From Kudoa neothunni (lineage: Eukaryota > Animalia > Cnidaria), in NCBI GenBank assembly GCA_964304625.1, contig OZ199838.1, positions 16,909,469 through 16,973,468 on the forward strand: 64,000 nucleotides of DNA. Reading direction: 5' to 3'. The notes below the pieces were generated by a model. That model searched no databases, was not told the origin of the DNA, and was given only the letters and a program-made list of their open reading frames with translations. Shown one piece after another: positions 1 through 12,137 of this stretch (position 1 is its first letter; each line of letters opens with the position of its first letter). The translations under genes and the position numbers were made by a program.

Positions 1-567
1 ACTTAGAAGATTTGATAAATTACGTTTCTGAGCCCAAGCGTTTAAAACTTACCGACTCAGATGAAATCCTCAATTTTACATGTCATGACTTGATGACGGA
101 TCGCTTAGAAAGAGTTCGAAAAGCCCTTTCTAACATAAGACCCACGAGCATTAATTCCGAAAGATGTTTTTCCTTGTGTAATCACATCATAACCCCACTC
201 AGAACAAGATTGAGCGATCCAAAACTCGACACTATCGTGTTTATTTATGAAAACCGGAATAGTTAATTTTCGTTTAATTCTAATGATATTTGTTATGATG
301 GATTATGTAGAATTCTAACATAAATAGACTATAACCATTTATAAAAGGAAGGATCTATCATATTTTGAGAATTAAATTTTTTAATAAGAGAATACAAAAT
401 TAATTAAACTGTAAGATAATTTTAAACCTTTTTTTAAAAAGTATGTTTAAAAATGAATAGTTTATATTTATATTTTTTTTATAAATCATTAAATATTTCT
501 TCTAAATAATTTAAAAAAAAACCGAAAACAGAAATACGGAACCGAAACCGAACCGAATTAAACCTTA
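1..567 (+). mobile_element. 3' end of a hAT DNA transposon (transposase dimerisation domain plus right terminus)
   Basis: ORF 12-266 contains the hAT C-terminal dimerisation signature (LSNIRPTSINSERCFS...IITPLRTRLS..KLDTIVF). Subterminal AACCG repeats at 520-557 end in ...AACCGAATTAAACCTTA, whose reverse complement resembles the TAGGG-type end at 31562. Confidence 0.8.
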
Positions 568-1191
568 GTGTACAGCCGACCAGCGTCCATTTCAATGCCA
601 GAGCAGGCGTTTTCGTACGCTGGGAAAATCTTGTCGGTTAAAATGTAGAATAGTGGTCGTAATCCAAATCAGCGATACCGGACAAAAACGCACCTATTGA
701 ATATTTTATTATTGAACATTTATAAATGTGGCATCTCCAGTAGGGTAACTTTAGCAACAGCTATTTGTCATCATAATAATAGTTGATGTAATCTATTATA
801 TGTTGTATTCCTAGCCCCTCGCGATTATATCAACAGGCTGTACCGCAAATTAAGCCGTTTCGAGTAAAGCTCGCTTTATTTATTTTAAAATTTGATTGTG
901 ACAACCATGATTCTTTATCGTTTGTTATATTTCATCCTTAGCAATTGCCTGGTATTAATTATATGTCTATAAGAAAAAAAATCTGTATTTTATGCAAGCA
1001 TTAGCTAATTAATTGTAGTAAATGCATAAAGTTAATATCAACAACAATTTATTATAATTAATTCAGTCATTCCCATCATTAAATGCTAAAAAAATATCAT
1101 ATTAATTTATTTTAAAATACGTAGGATAAGTGTACGAACTAATTATAATCTTTAATCGGTACATGCGGCCACTATTCTACATTTTAACCGT

Positions 1192-1285
1192 GTGCTGAAA
1201 TGGAGCGATATGTCTTTCTATAAAGAATGAAAAATGCGTACACACCGACACACACACTGATTACCGGTTTGCTTTATATAGTAGA
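1192..1285 (-). mobile_element. Helitron-like 5' terminal repeat, copy 1
   Basis: Minus strand reads A|TCTACTATATAAAGCAAACCGG...AGAAAGACATATCGCTCCATTT. Related copies at 42481-42567 (-) and 50843 (+). A 5' TC after host A is typical of Helitrons. Confidence 0.55.
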
Positions 1286-2791
1286 TGGGGAAGATATCTT
1301 TCGATTATGCATGACGTTTTTTAACTCATGAAAATTTTATTCAACTTCAATTTTTGAATATAAAAGCTACAGTGATGAAAAATTAACAAAATTCCGCCAG
1401 ATATCCCTGATATATTAGGAATCCTATTTAGAAATAATGACGAGGAAGAATCTAATCCACAAAAAAAATTAAGTTCTTTGAATATATTAAAGACTTTTTA
1501 ACAAACAATGACTCGATTACTTAGGAGCACATGTAAACATCAAGAGAGCGTAAGAACAGGGAAAAGTAACCGACTTTTTTTAAAATGGAATATTACGATA
1601 GAAATCGAATTTTAAATATACACATGTGGTCATAAAAGTGCGTATTATCTATTATTTTTGGCGAATTCGCACTTTTCCCCCAATGCCAAAGAGATTCCGT
1701 ATTTTCCGTCACCCCTTATATAGTAAAAATTAATGCGATTGGCAGATAAATTATATTGGTTATCATTATGAGGAGTTGGGTTTATGTTGATTCGTTCCAC
1801 CATTACAATGAGTCTTTATTTCATATTGATCTTTTTAATGAAAATAAAATCTAACCTCAATAATTGGCACAAATATTAAAAGATTGCTATATGACATGCA
1901 TTTTGAGAAAAAGAATATTACTGAGGAATGTTATAGTGGTTACTTCAAACTACATTGAGACTGACACATTCGCTTGATTATAATATAGGGGTTTACATTT
2001 ATTAAAAATATAAGTGTGATAAAAATTGAAAATTTAAAACATTTCGTCAATTCTAATGAAACTACATGAATGATAGCATTTTAAGACATAATTCACGAAA
2101 CAACTCCCACGAATTTACATTTGTCAGCCATGTGACTAATTAAATGTGATATAACTCTATTAATATGTTATACACGTATAGTATTTTAAATTTTAAAAAA
2201 TTATTATTTATTATCCGTAAATAGAATTAACAAAAATTGTATTATATGGAAAATTTATCGCTGATTCATGCGCACACATTGAAATATTAAAACGTCGCAC
2301 TTAAATACATTTTATTATTGCAAAATGCAAGGTACATGAAGACTTTATAGTAAAAATTTTAATTTTCAAATAGCTAAATATATGTGATTATTAATAAAAG
2401 GTGATCTCATAGTTAATTATGTTAAATTTTACAACAAATCCTATTTTTAGAAAAATTAATCATCACAAGGTTTAGGTGTGCCGATAGTTATCTGGTGTAA
2501 ATACCTGTGGATATTAGTAAAAACATGTTATTACAAGGAGAAGTATTCAATAAATTTTTTTAAATTTTAAATAAGGAAAATTAACTAGACGCTCATTGAC
2601 ACAGTGAGTATTCATTTTTTGATAGGTGTTATAAAATAGAATATTAATTTAATAATAAATATCTTATGATTACTAATCTTATGTTTTGTTATAAATTGGT
2701 AATAGTATTCATATTATTAACCAAACTCAATCAGATTGAAGCATTTAATAAATATAACGAATATTTTCGCCTATACATTATAAAAAATAGA

Positions 2792-5676
2792 ATGAGGAGT
2801 TCACTTTACCAACTGGGAGTACTTTTGCTTACTCTATGTAACTAGGAATATTTATTTGCGGTTAAATTGAATAAAGTATAGTCAAATGCACTCTTCAGGA
2901 AGCAGCATCCGGAGAAGCTCTAACTCAAGTTCAACCTCCAACTAATGAACTCAAATATAAAATTGCAGAGGCAAATAATAAAATGAACGTTCAAATTATA
3001 TTAAGCGGAAATGTATACACATCATCAAATTACTGTCAGATTAAAAAGTCGAATGATGGAGCTACATTATATGAAGATATAAGTTCTTGCCCTGGAGCAG
3101 CTAACACAAATAGTGGGAATAAATGCGTTAGAAAATGCGTGGGGAATGACAACATTTTGGAATTTAACAAATTTTCCCCGAGAACGAAATATATTGTTGT
3201 TTTCAAACATAATGACGTCGAAGGGGCTGTGGCAAAAAACAATGAGGGTACTGTATTTGGGCTCGAATTACGTAATTAATTAATAGTAAATTGTAGTGTA
3301 ACGATTTATTAGGTTTAATTGTCAATCCTAACGTAGTTGTGAGCACTACAGCAAAAAGAAAATTGAAGTTTTGCACAACCACATTTCCACAACTCAAATG
3401 TCCTATATATTACAAAGGGGTTGAATATGTAGCTGGTACGGAACAAAATGGTTGTACCGCCACGGAGAACTTAAACGAAGTTGAATTTGATTTAATGATA
3501 CCTCATTACGAAGTGAAATGTGAAAATTATCCAAGTTTCTTTTATAAGCTTCAAAATGATTACACTCTATCGAAAATTGATGTTTACAAACCACAATATT
3601 ATGTAGCTTACGCTTCGGCTCAGAAAAATAAATATTCACTTAAGTTCTCGAATAAATTTCCTTTCGAAATATGTCGCTTTAGTATTAGAGATGGGAAAAC
3701 TGAAGCGACCACAAACGAATATATATCAAATTGTGGTGGGCAAGATAAACCTTGCTATGCTCCTTGCAACAATGTAGAGCTTACTTTCACTGAATCGAAG
3801 ACAATATTAGAAGTGTTGATACAAACAAGACATTTTCCACTAGAAAAAGTCAACGATGAATATAAAGGTTATACACAAAAGAAATTCGGTACGAATTTAA
3901 CATTTAAATATTTAATTATTCTTGGATAGTTGTCTCGGAAACAAATTCAGAAAATGGTGTATTAATACCTGTCATAACACATGAAAATGTGTCTTTAAAT
4001 GTGCGTCTCTTTAAACCGGTGTCGGGCCATGGATTCACAAGTTGCACCGTCACCTATTTCGTTGCTGATAAACCACCATCTACTAATGCCGTTACACCAA
4101 AATGCAAAACAAACGATGAGAATTGTGGGACTGGCTGCGATTCATTATTAGAAATAAAGGATCTTTCCAGTGGAAAACCATACATTCTTGTAATAACACC
4201 TGGACCTACAGGTACTGGTGGCGTACCAACGAATTTCAAAGAACATATATTCATTAGAACTGGTATAATAATTGATAAATAAATTTTTCATAATAAATAC
4301 TTAGAAAAAGCAACAAGCCCAATGTTCCCCGTCATAACACCAACAATAGATGAGACAACAGCGTCGATTAAAGCACTTAATGAAGAGAGAGAAATCACAA
4401 AAGACGACCCGACATGTGCATATTATATTAGCCCTCGCGGAAAGGATATATACGTATGTGCAATGTGTATTGATAGTTATCCTTGCCGAGGTTTTTGCAA
4501 AGAAACTAAACAAATTGTTGGATTAACGCCAGGCACTGAATATGATCTTAAGGTAGTTGCCCACAAAGGTTATGGATTCAAAGAGCATCAAATAAAAACA
4601 CGTACGAAACAATTGAATGATAAAAAATGATTAAATTTATAGTAATGTCAAAACTGACACTTGAAAAACAATTTACGGACAAAGGTTTCAAAGTGATGGG
4701 TTCGTTGTCGACACCAGATCCCTTCGCTCTATGCAGCTACAAAGTTAAAGTTAAAAAGGGGAAAAATTTTGAGTTGATCCACGAATGTCCAGCTACTCCA
4801 CCCCAAACAGTAGCAACTCCAAGCAAGCCTAAAAACATACCAAAGGTTTCTAAAATTTTGGTTGCTAGATCAGCTGCTGATCGAAAACCTACATCCAACC
4901 CTGAAAGTAACACTGCCACAACAACCTCATGCAGTGAACTACCTACATGCTCCGAAATAATATATACTAATCTTTACGATCGTTCCAAAAAGTACCAGAT
5001 GTTGGTAACTGCCGTTGGTGGTCGTTCAGAGGAAATCACTATTGATATCCCTGAAAGTAGTTCGATTTTAATAATACTTCTAACAAAATTCTTCTCATTA
5101 ATTTTTAATATATTAGATAATTTCTCAGTAAGCGAAGATGTCAGCAAAAAAGTAATCATTGGCATAGAACGTGAAGGGAACAAGCTTAAAGTTACAGCTC
5201 TACTTCGGAGCGATGCCCCGGAAAGCACGTGTGGTTGGGAGTTACGTAAATCTTCAGAGGATGGAAAGAGTTTGGTAAAATCGTGTAATGGTGCCAACGA
5301 CAGTGGTTGTGAAACCCTTCCATTATGTAAGGGTTTTGAAATTCTTAACATAGAAGATACTAATGATTATCATCTCACCGTATATGTGAGCAGTGATCCA
5401 ACAATAATTAGTCATGCGATAATCAAGCAAGGTAAACAATGTTGTTACTTAATTTGATAAAATATTCTTAGGTGAATCGCACGATACAATGAAATCAACG
5501 TAAGTTGTGTAATTTTTTCATTTTTAATATTCTTTTAGATCAAAAAATACCATGTATTTTTAACTACGTTTAATTATGTTTGATTATTATTCCTTAGAAT
5601 TATAGCTTCGGCAGTAGCAGGAGTCGTAGTCGTTGCTATTGGAATCGGAGTGATTATTATGAAAAGAAAGAATTAA
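2792..5676 (+). CDS. Type-I membrane protein (830 aa) with about 7 Cys-rich FN3-like repeats, 10 exons
   Basis: Hand-spliced exons 2792-2837, 2882-3271, 3313-3888, 3930-4262, 4305-4601, 4643-5056, 5117-5431, 5472-5499, 5539-5553, 5598-5676. All introns are GT-AG (39-60 nt) and give one open frame of 2493 nt. Signal peptide MRSSLYQLGVLLLTLF; repeats of C-x13-19-C-xn-C-x3-5-C followed by FN3-like strands (GLTPGTEYDLKVVA, DLSSGKPYILVI, FSPRTKYIVVF); C-terminal TM IIIASAVAGVVVVAIGIGVIIM then KRKN-stop. Confidence 0.9.
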
Positions 5677-6308
5677 AGACCATTCATTACCTTATTAATA
5701 ATTTTTTTTTAATTTTATATCTTATTTTACAATATTAGGGTTTTTTAACATTTACGATGATATTTAAAATTAAATTTTGAATATGTCTTTTTGCTGTTTG
5801 CCTTATTTTCTAAAATATTCCACTAATATATATTCATTTTATAAATTGATAGTTTTATATATTTATAAAGTAAATTTTTGTATCTAAATTAAAAATTTTC
5901 CCATTACAAATTCCAAAAAAAAATTTGAGTTAATGTTTATAAGTTAAAAAATACTATTTATGACAATCTACTATATATAATGTATATTTTACAGAAAATA
6001 ATTATTGAAATATTTCCAGTAAATTTTCTAACCTTTACTTAATTTAAAATTTACATCTTCCAGATAAAAATAGGATGAAAAAGCACCCCAATTTTTTAGG
6101 ATTATAAACATATATAACAGTGGTTCAGTTTTGCAACTTTAAGATGGTTTTATGGCCTCAACATTACGTAATTACGTAACAAAAAAAGCTGTAAACCCAA
6201 CATTAACACCCACTCAAATGTTTACAGATAAATTCAGACAAAATAGGACGTTCAGAAAAAGCGGTCATTGTTGGCAACGTTTATCGAAAGGTGAAACTCA
6301 TTGGTTAA

Positions 6309-6555
6309 CCCTTATGTAATAACCATGGGTTCCACGAGCCCATCTTTCTATTATTTTAAAAATAAATTTTAATAATGAACTTGTAATATTCTGCGGATTT
6401 TCGTAAGAATTTCACCTAATTTAAAAAAATGTATTATTTATCAACTAATGAAATAAAATGGGTAAAAGTCCCGACGAAAATACTCGAAATGTAATTAACT
6501 TAACAACAAAATAATATAAAGGTGACAGGTGGAGCCTATAATTATTACATAAGGG
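6309..6555. mobile_element. piggyBac-family MITE (247 bp)
   Basis: Perfect 14-bp TIRs CCCTTATGTAATAA / TTATTACATAAGGG, with TTAA on both flanks (6305-6308, 6556-6559). Confidence 0.9.
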
Positions 6556-8779
6556 TTAACTATATCAAAAGGAAGTGGCTATTGACACGGTAAATAATAT
6601 TTAGATGACATTAGTTTTGACTATATTTAATTATTTCTGGCCCATCGCTCCGCTCTTTAGAGCTACAAATAATTGAATATAGCAGATTCTAAAAAATTAA
6701 ATCTCTAAACAGCTTGTAAATAAGAGTTGCTGAGATTAAAAAATTTGTGAGCGCAGGCGTACACGCCGTTTATGATTTAATTTGGTCATTGGCTATTGCA
6801 ACGGATGGGAATACTTACCGAAATAATGCTCATATCAAAATTTAATTCCATAAATACATATAAAAATAAATGAAATATTATTCAATAAATTTTTAAAAGA
6901 AAATAAATAACTTGACTTTTTACCTCTATATTGGCCAATTATGCAAAAATTAAGTTGTAATTTTCTTAATGAATTTGTATCTGCATTGATTGTTGAATAA
7001 CACTGATTATATGTATTGTAATTTTTATAAGAAATTACAACGAACATTGAACTTACTAGAAGTGTCAGCCGTCACACTAAAAATGCCCTAATGTAATGCC
7101 TTCCATTTTTTTCTGTCAATTTCATCACACTTTCTTGATCAAAAATAGGGGAAAACAAGAAATAATATTGTTTATTGCCAATTCTTTTATAAAAGTGGAT
7201 CTAACTGTTTTTAAGATCAAATAATTGGGATTTTTATTCTTTCCCCGTTCTATAAAAATGAAAGGGAAATTATTATATAATGGATATATTATTAGGATAT
7301 ATGCTTCATAGAATATTTTATTGTTTGTATATTTTTATGATTTAAAATTTCTCATCTATGCTTTTTAGGTAATCTAATTACTGTTACATCAAAATCATTT
7401 GGTCTCCCTATTATTCTTATTTTAGATGAAAATTTTAAATCTATATAACATTAAAAAAACAATTCTGTATGATTATTTAACTATTGAACTTATCGTCGAT
7501 TTCGCGCTCTTCAATCTGCTGTCGAATTTGCATATTGTACAAGTCTTAAAACGAGCCATTAGTAAATAACTTGGTTGAGGATGTTTCAAAAATTTTGTTC
7601 ATTTCTATCTTTTAATTTTCTTGAAGTTTGATATCTAATATTTATTTGAAAAAGTAATAATTATATTTATACCATTTCTTCTTTCATTTAGATCGTTATT
7701 TTATACCTGGTTCTCGTATATCGAATTATTTTCGTTGGCATCGCTTTTTAATTAAAGCTAGTTACATCATTCCGAATGAATATTTTATACCAATATTTAA
7801 TAATTTATCTAATTCCAAAACATTATCTCTAATATAGCTTCAATTATTTTAATAGCAATTATTGGACTAAGGATAAATTCGTTGCAATATTCTGCAAACG
7901 TTGACATATGTTGGTTTGTAGAGTCTTATGTATTTTATAAGCTCTTTTAAAAGAGTTTAAAATTTTCCTTGAATATTTCTTGTACTTTCGCATTGTGTCT
8001 CTATTTAGAATTATTATTAGATGGAAAATTATTCTGTACATATTCACTGACGGGAAATATCTTTTTCAAAATAAATTAAATGGTAATGTTACGTATAGTT
8101 GACATTAATGCTAAAACGATAAATGGTTATCTTTATCGATAAATCCAAAATAAAAATTAAACAACCAATTGAATGTAAAATTTATCATTTTAATTGAAAT
8201 CCATAATAAAGTAGTTTGTTTACAATCATTGTTGCGAACAAACCACATCAACGCAAGTTAATGTGTTCTTAATTAACGTATCGAGTATATCGATACTTCT
8301 TGTTGTATAAAATCAACAAAACAAGATTTGAAAATCACTTATACATTAAACAACATCTGCATACATGGCCAATTTATAGGTAAAAAGTCAACTGGTTTAT
8401 TTTTCTTTGAAATTTTATTTATTAATAGTTAATAGATTAATATATGTATGTATTTATGAAATTAAAATTTTGATACGAACGTTATTTAGTAGATATTCCC
8501 GGTCGTTGGAATAGACACTACTTTTAATTTTATCGTACCAATAGACCTTGCCATATCAAAATCCGGATCTTAAATGCATTCACAAATAATGAGGGAATTA
8601 TCTAAATTAGTTTCATATACAAATTCTTTATCATCTGCCAAAGTTAAATCGTCAATTTCATTATCTAATGAAAAAAATTAAAAATAGCGATCAACAAAAT
8701 TAATATAAATCTTTCTATTCTCATAATTTTCTAATATATTCGAAAAGCTATGTACATTGGTTAAAATATGAATGGAATC

Positions 8780-9730
8780 TTTAAATGTTTACTTTAAAAT
8801 TTGGAGATTTCTCAAATTTCTTCCTTTTAGTTTGAGTTGTAACGAATTCATACAATTAAACACCGTGTATTTAAACTGGTACCCAGAATCATTGTCAAAC
8901 GAAAGTTGTTTACGTATAACTTTCCTATTGTATATTTTTAAACTATGTGATTCCAAGGTCCATTTGTTGAAATAGGCTAGTGATGTCTTTTGAAAGAAAC
9001 ACAAGCTTAACGCTGGAAAAATTAAAATTTTATTGTAAATATGAAGAGAACTGATCTAGAATAATCAAATTCTTACTTTTTTATTTATGAATTTTTAATT
9101 TAAATCCTCTAAAATTTGATAAAACATTGAGGAGTACATCCATCCATTTTTCTATAAATGAAATTTTATTAGTAGTCCTGTAATTTTCTTATAACATTTC
9201 GGATTTTTAAACTTCATAATCACGTGTAGAGGAAATTCCTCTCTAGCCATAGAAACAATAAGAAACTCTGTTACTTATTTTTTGACTGCTTATATTCTCT
9301 TATTCGAGGTCTCGTGAGTTGTATACAAATTTTGTATTAACTGCTCCAAAAAAAGTGATGTTTTGTCTAAATTGATGATTTCCTCTGGTTTATATTTCAA
9401 TAATACCTATTTAGATTTAAATATCCATTCGTAAATAGAATTAATATCGATACTTCCTGCTTCTCCTTTAATTGACTTCTCTTTAAATTTAAACCATTCT
9501 TAAAGTTTATAAACAAATCCCTACTGACATTAAAATTATTTAATTCAATATTTTTTGCGATGATAATAGCTATTTCAATTATTGCACAGCCAGAAATTAT
9601 TTTCTTTCGATCTCCCATTAAAACCGCCCGGTTAAATAATTCACATTCAAGTTCTTCCAATTTTCCTAATTTACAACCTTTTGTAACTACCAAAATACTC
9701 ACATTTATCATTTTATATTCTTACGACAAG
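8780..9730 (-). mobile_element. Degenerate pogo/Tigger transposase
   Basis: ORF 9397-9711 resembles the CENP-B/Tc5 HTH (LEELECELFN...ISG..IIEIA..IAK...NF..S). Near 8950-9030 the minus strand reads VKLVFLSKDITSLFQQMDLGI, matching the DDE_1 motif KLVFLPPNTTSLLQPMDQGI. Multiple stops and frameshifts. Confidence 0.7.
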
Positions 9731-12094
9731 TTTCGATCTAGGATTGAATGGGCCATCCTAAATTCTCTAATTTATACATAGTATGGAATATAAGGTAGGT
9801 TAAAATACTTTATAATCAGTTTTGAGCATGCAAGTGATTTGATATAATTATAATATTGAATAATACGAATTTCTTCCTCAATAATACGTAGAGACCAGTG
9901 ATGTTGAATTTTTGTGAGGTGAAATATAGGAATTATGAGATCGAAATACGGAAAAAATATGGCAATAGCGCGACCTAGCTTAATTTGGTAATTTAATAGC
10001 GTTAAATCTTTTACATTATATTTCAGTATATATATGACTCCTTAAAGTAATTTCTAAATAATAATTAACTAAAGTAAGATAATTGATTAAATAATCAGAG
10101 GAAAATGTTTAATATACTCAATACCGAGACCTTATTGTAAAGCAATTTAGATCTCATTTTAATAGATTATACATCTAAATTTAACTAAATTAATATACTC
10201 TGAAAGAATTAATTTTGATTTATATCATTTATAAGCTTTGGAACAAATAAGTACTCTCAGTACGAAAAACAAAAAATAATCGAAGTTATATAAAATTTAA
10301 ATTTTTATCGAAAAATAAATTAAATGCGCTTTACGAATTTATTTAAATTAAAAATTAATATACTAATGTATCATCAACCAATTGATTTCTACCGTGAAAA
10401 TTTATTGTTATTATTATAATGAGAGCGATTCATAGATTATGTTATGATCATATTTAATTTATAATTCAATATCGGTCTAAGTTTTTTTAGAATAAAAGGA
10501 ATTTTAAATTGAATTTTCTAAAATTATTATTAAATTATGAAATACAAATACATCGAATAATGGTTAAAAATAAAGTTATATTGTTAAAAAACTGTAGTAA
10601 ATTTAGAAATACTCAATCCCAGTTAGTTTGGACCAGTTAAAATGCGTGTATATCCATATCTCATTTTAACGATAAAACCTATTTTAGCGGGAATGAAATT
10701 TTTTAAAAATATAATTAATAAATGTTTTAAAAATTGAGATCTTAATTTGAGTTAATCATTAAATTGTCATATTATTTTTGATTAATTCATAATTAAAGAT
10801 TCAACCAGCACAGCAATATTATTTTCTTATATATAAATATAAGAAAACAAAAATATATAACAAAATAAAATATAAATTATTTAATATGTAGTTCAATTAG
10901 AATAATTTGGTGAGATCTATTTTATATTATCTAAATCACCATATAATTGATTGGGAGGGAACATTTTAAAATTTGCATATTTCGTAAATTTAAAAATTAA
11001 TATATATGAAACATAATGAGAATATAAGCCATGCTCGAAATCATAAAATTATTTCAAGGTTTACCTGCTTTAATGCTTATTTTCTTATGTTTAATATTTA
11101 TAAAGCAACAAGTAGTGAATTCTAACATCTATATGTAATATATAAACACAACGGTTATCAAGTTCACTTAAGCTTTAAAAATTAACGAATTTTTTAAATG
11201 TTTTTAAGACTAAAATATATTACTAAATAAAAAATTTGTGGTCTTCTTAATGTATTGTGAAGCAGATTTCCAAAATATATTTATAGATTATCGAGATGTA
11301 AAAATAACTTTTCACGAAATTCAACACGATTAATGGAAAAGTGAAAAATTCAATTAATAATCAATGATTTTACATATAATATTTCTCGTGTATGTTAAAG
11401 CTTCATAAGGAAGACAATACAAGATACCACAGGAATAATTTTCTCGTTATTCTCTTAAATGTATGGTATATATAAATAGTATAATAATTTTATAATAAAA
11501 TTTTATACTAAATAATTCATTGAAATATTAATATTACAAATAAAATAATTTTATATTTTTAAATTGTCAACCTAGCAAAAAATACATTCATTTTCACTTT
11601 TTAAAATTCAGTTATCATTAAAAATGTTAAAATAAAGTCAACATAGATTTAATGTTTTCATTTTATATAGAAATTATTAATAATAACGATTCACAATAAA
11701 TATACCGAGTATAATATTTTTAGAACAAAATACTTAAAAAATATACAAAATTTATTATCCCAACTCTTCATGTACGTGGAAAATTATTAAAAATCAATAA
11801 ATATCCTAATAAAAGAACTTTTTTAAATTAAAATTATTTTTAAATTCCTTTTTCTAGAGCTCTATTTTTATAATCGTATTAATATTTTTTAAATGATATA
11901 AACATATATAATGAATTTTTAATTCCGAAAAATTTAAATATTTCGCAATTTTTTTATAATTGCTTAAATTGATGTCGAATAATATTTTCTTAATTAGATA
12001 AATGCATAATAATTAAATATAATTTTTATAATATTTTATGATAGAAATCGATATAAATTAAAATAAGAAAACATACAAAATTAATATTTGTTGA

Positions 12095-12106
12095 CGCGCA
12101 TGCGCA
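12095..12106 (+). promoter_or_regulatory. NRF-1-type palindrome CGCGCATGCGCA upstream of NOA1
   Basis: Exact match to YGCGCAYGCGCR, 31 bp before the ATG, in otherwise extremely AT-rich DNA. Confidence 0.55.
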
Positions 12107-12137
12107 AATAGAGATTGTTTTAAATTCAGCATTACGG

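Noticed and set aside
573-840. TA|CAGCC...GGCTG|TA as a MITE
   Set aside because: Only 5 bp of terminal complementarity, not enough to pair the ends.
7000-8100. Coding-like minus-strand stretch including ORF 7859-8047
   Set aside because: No recognisable motif or consistent frame; possibly old transposon debris but unsupported.
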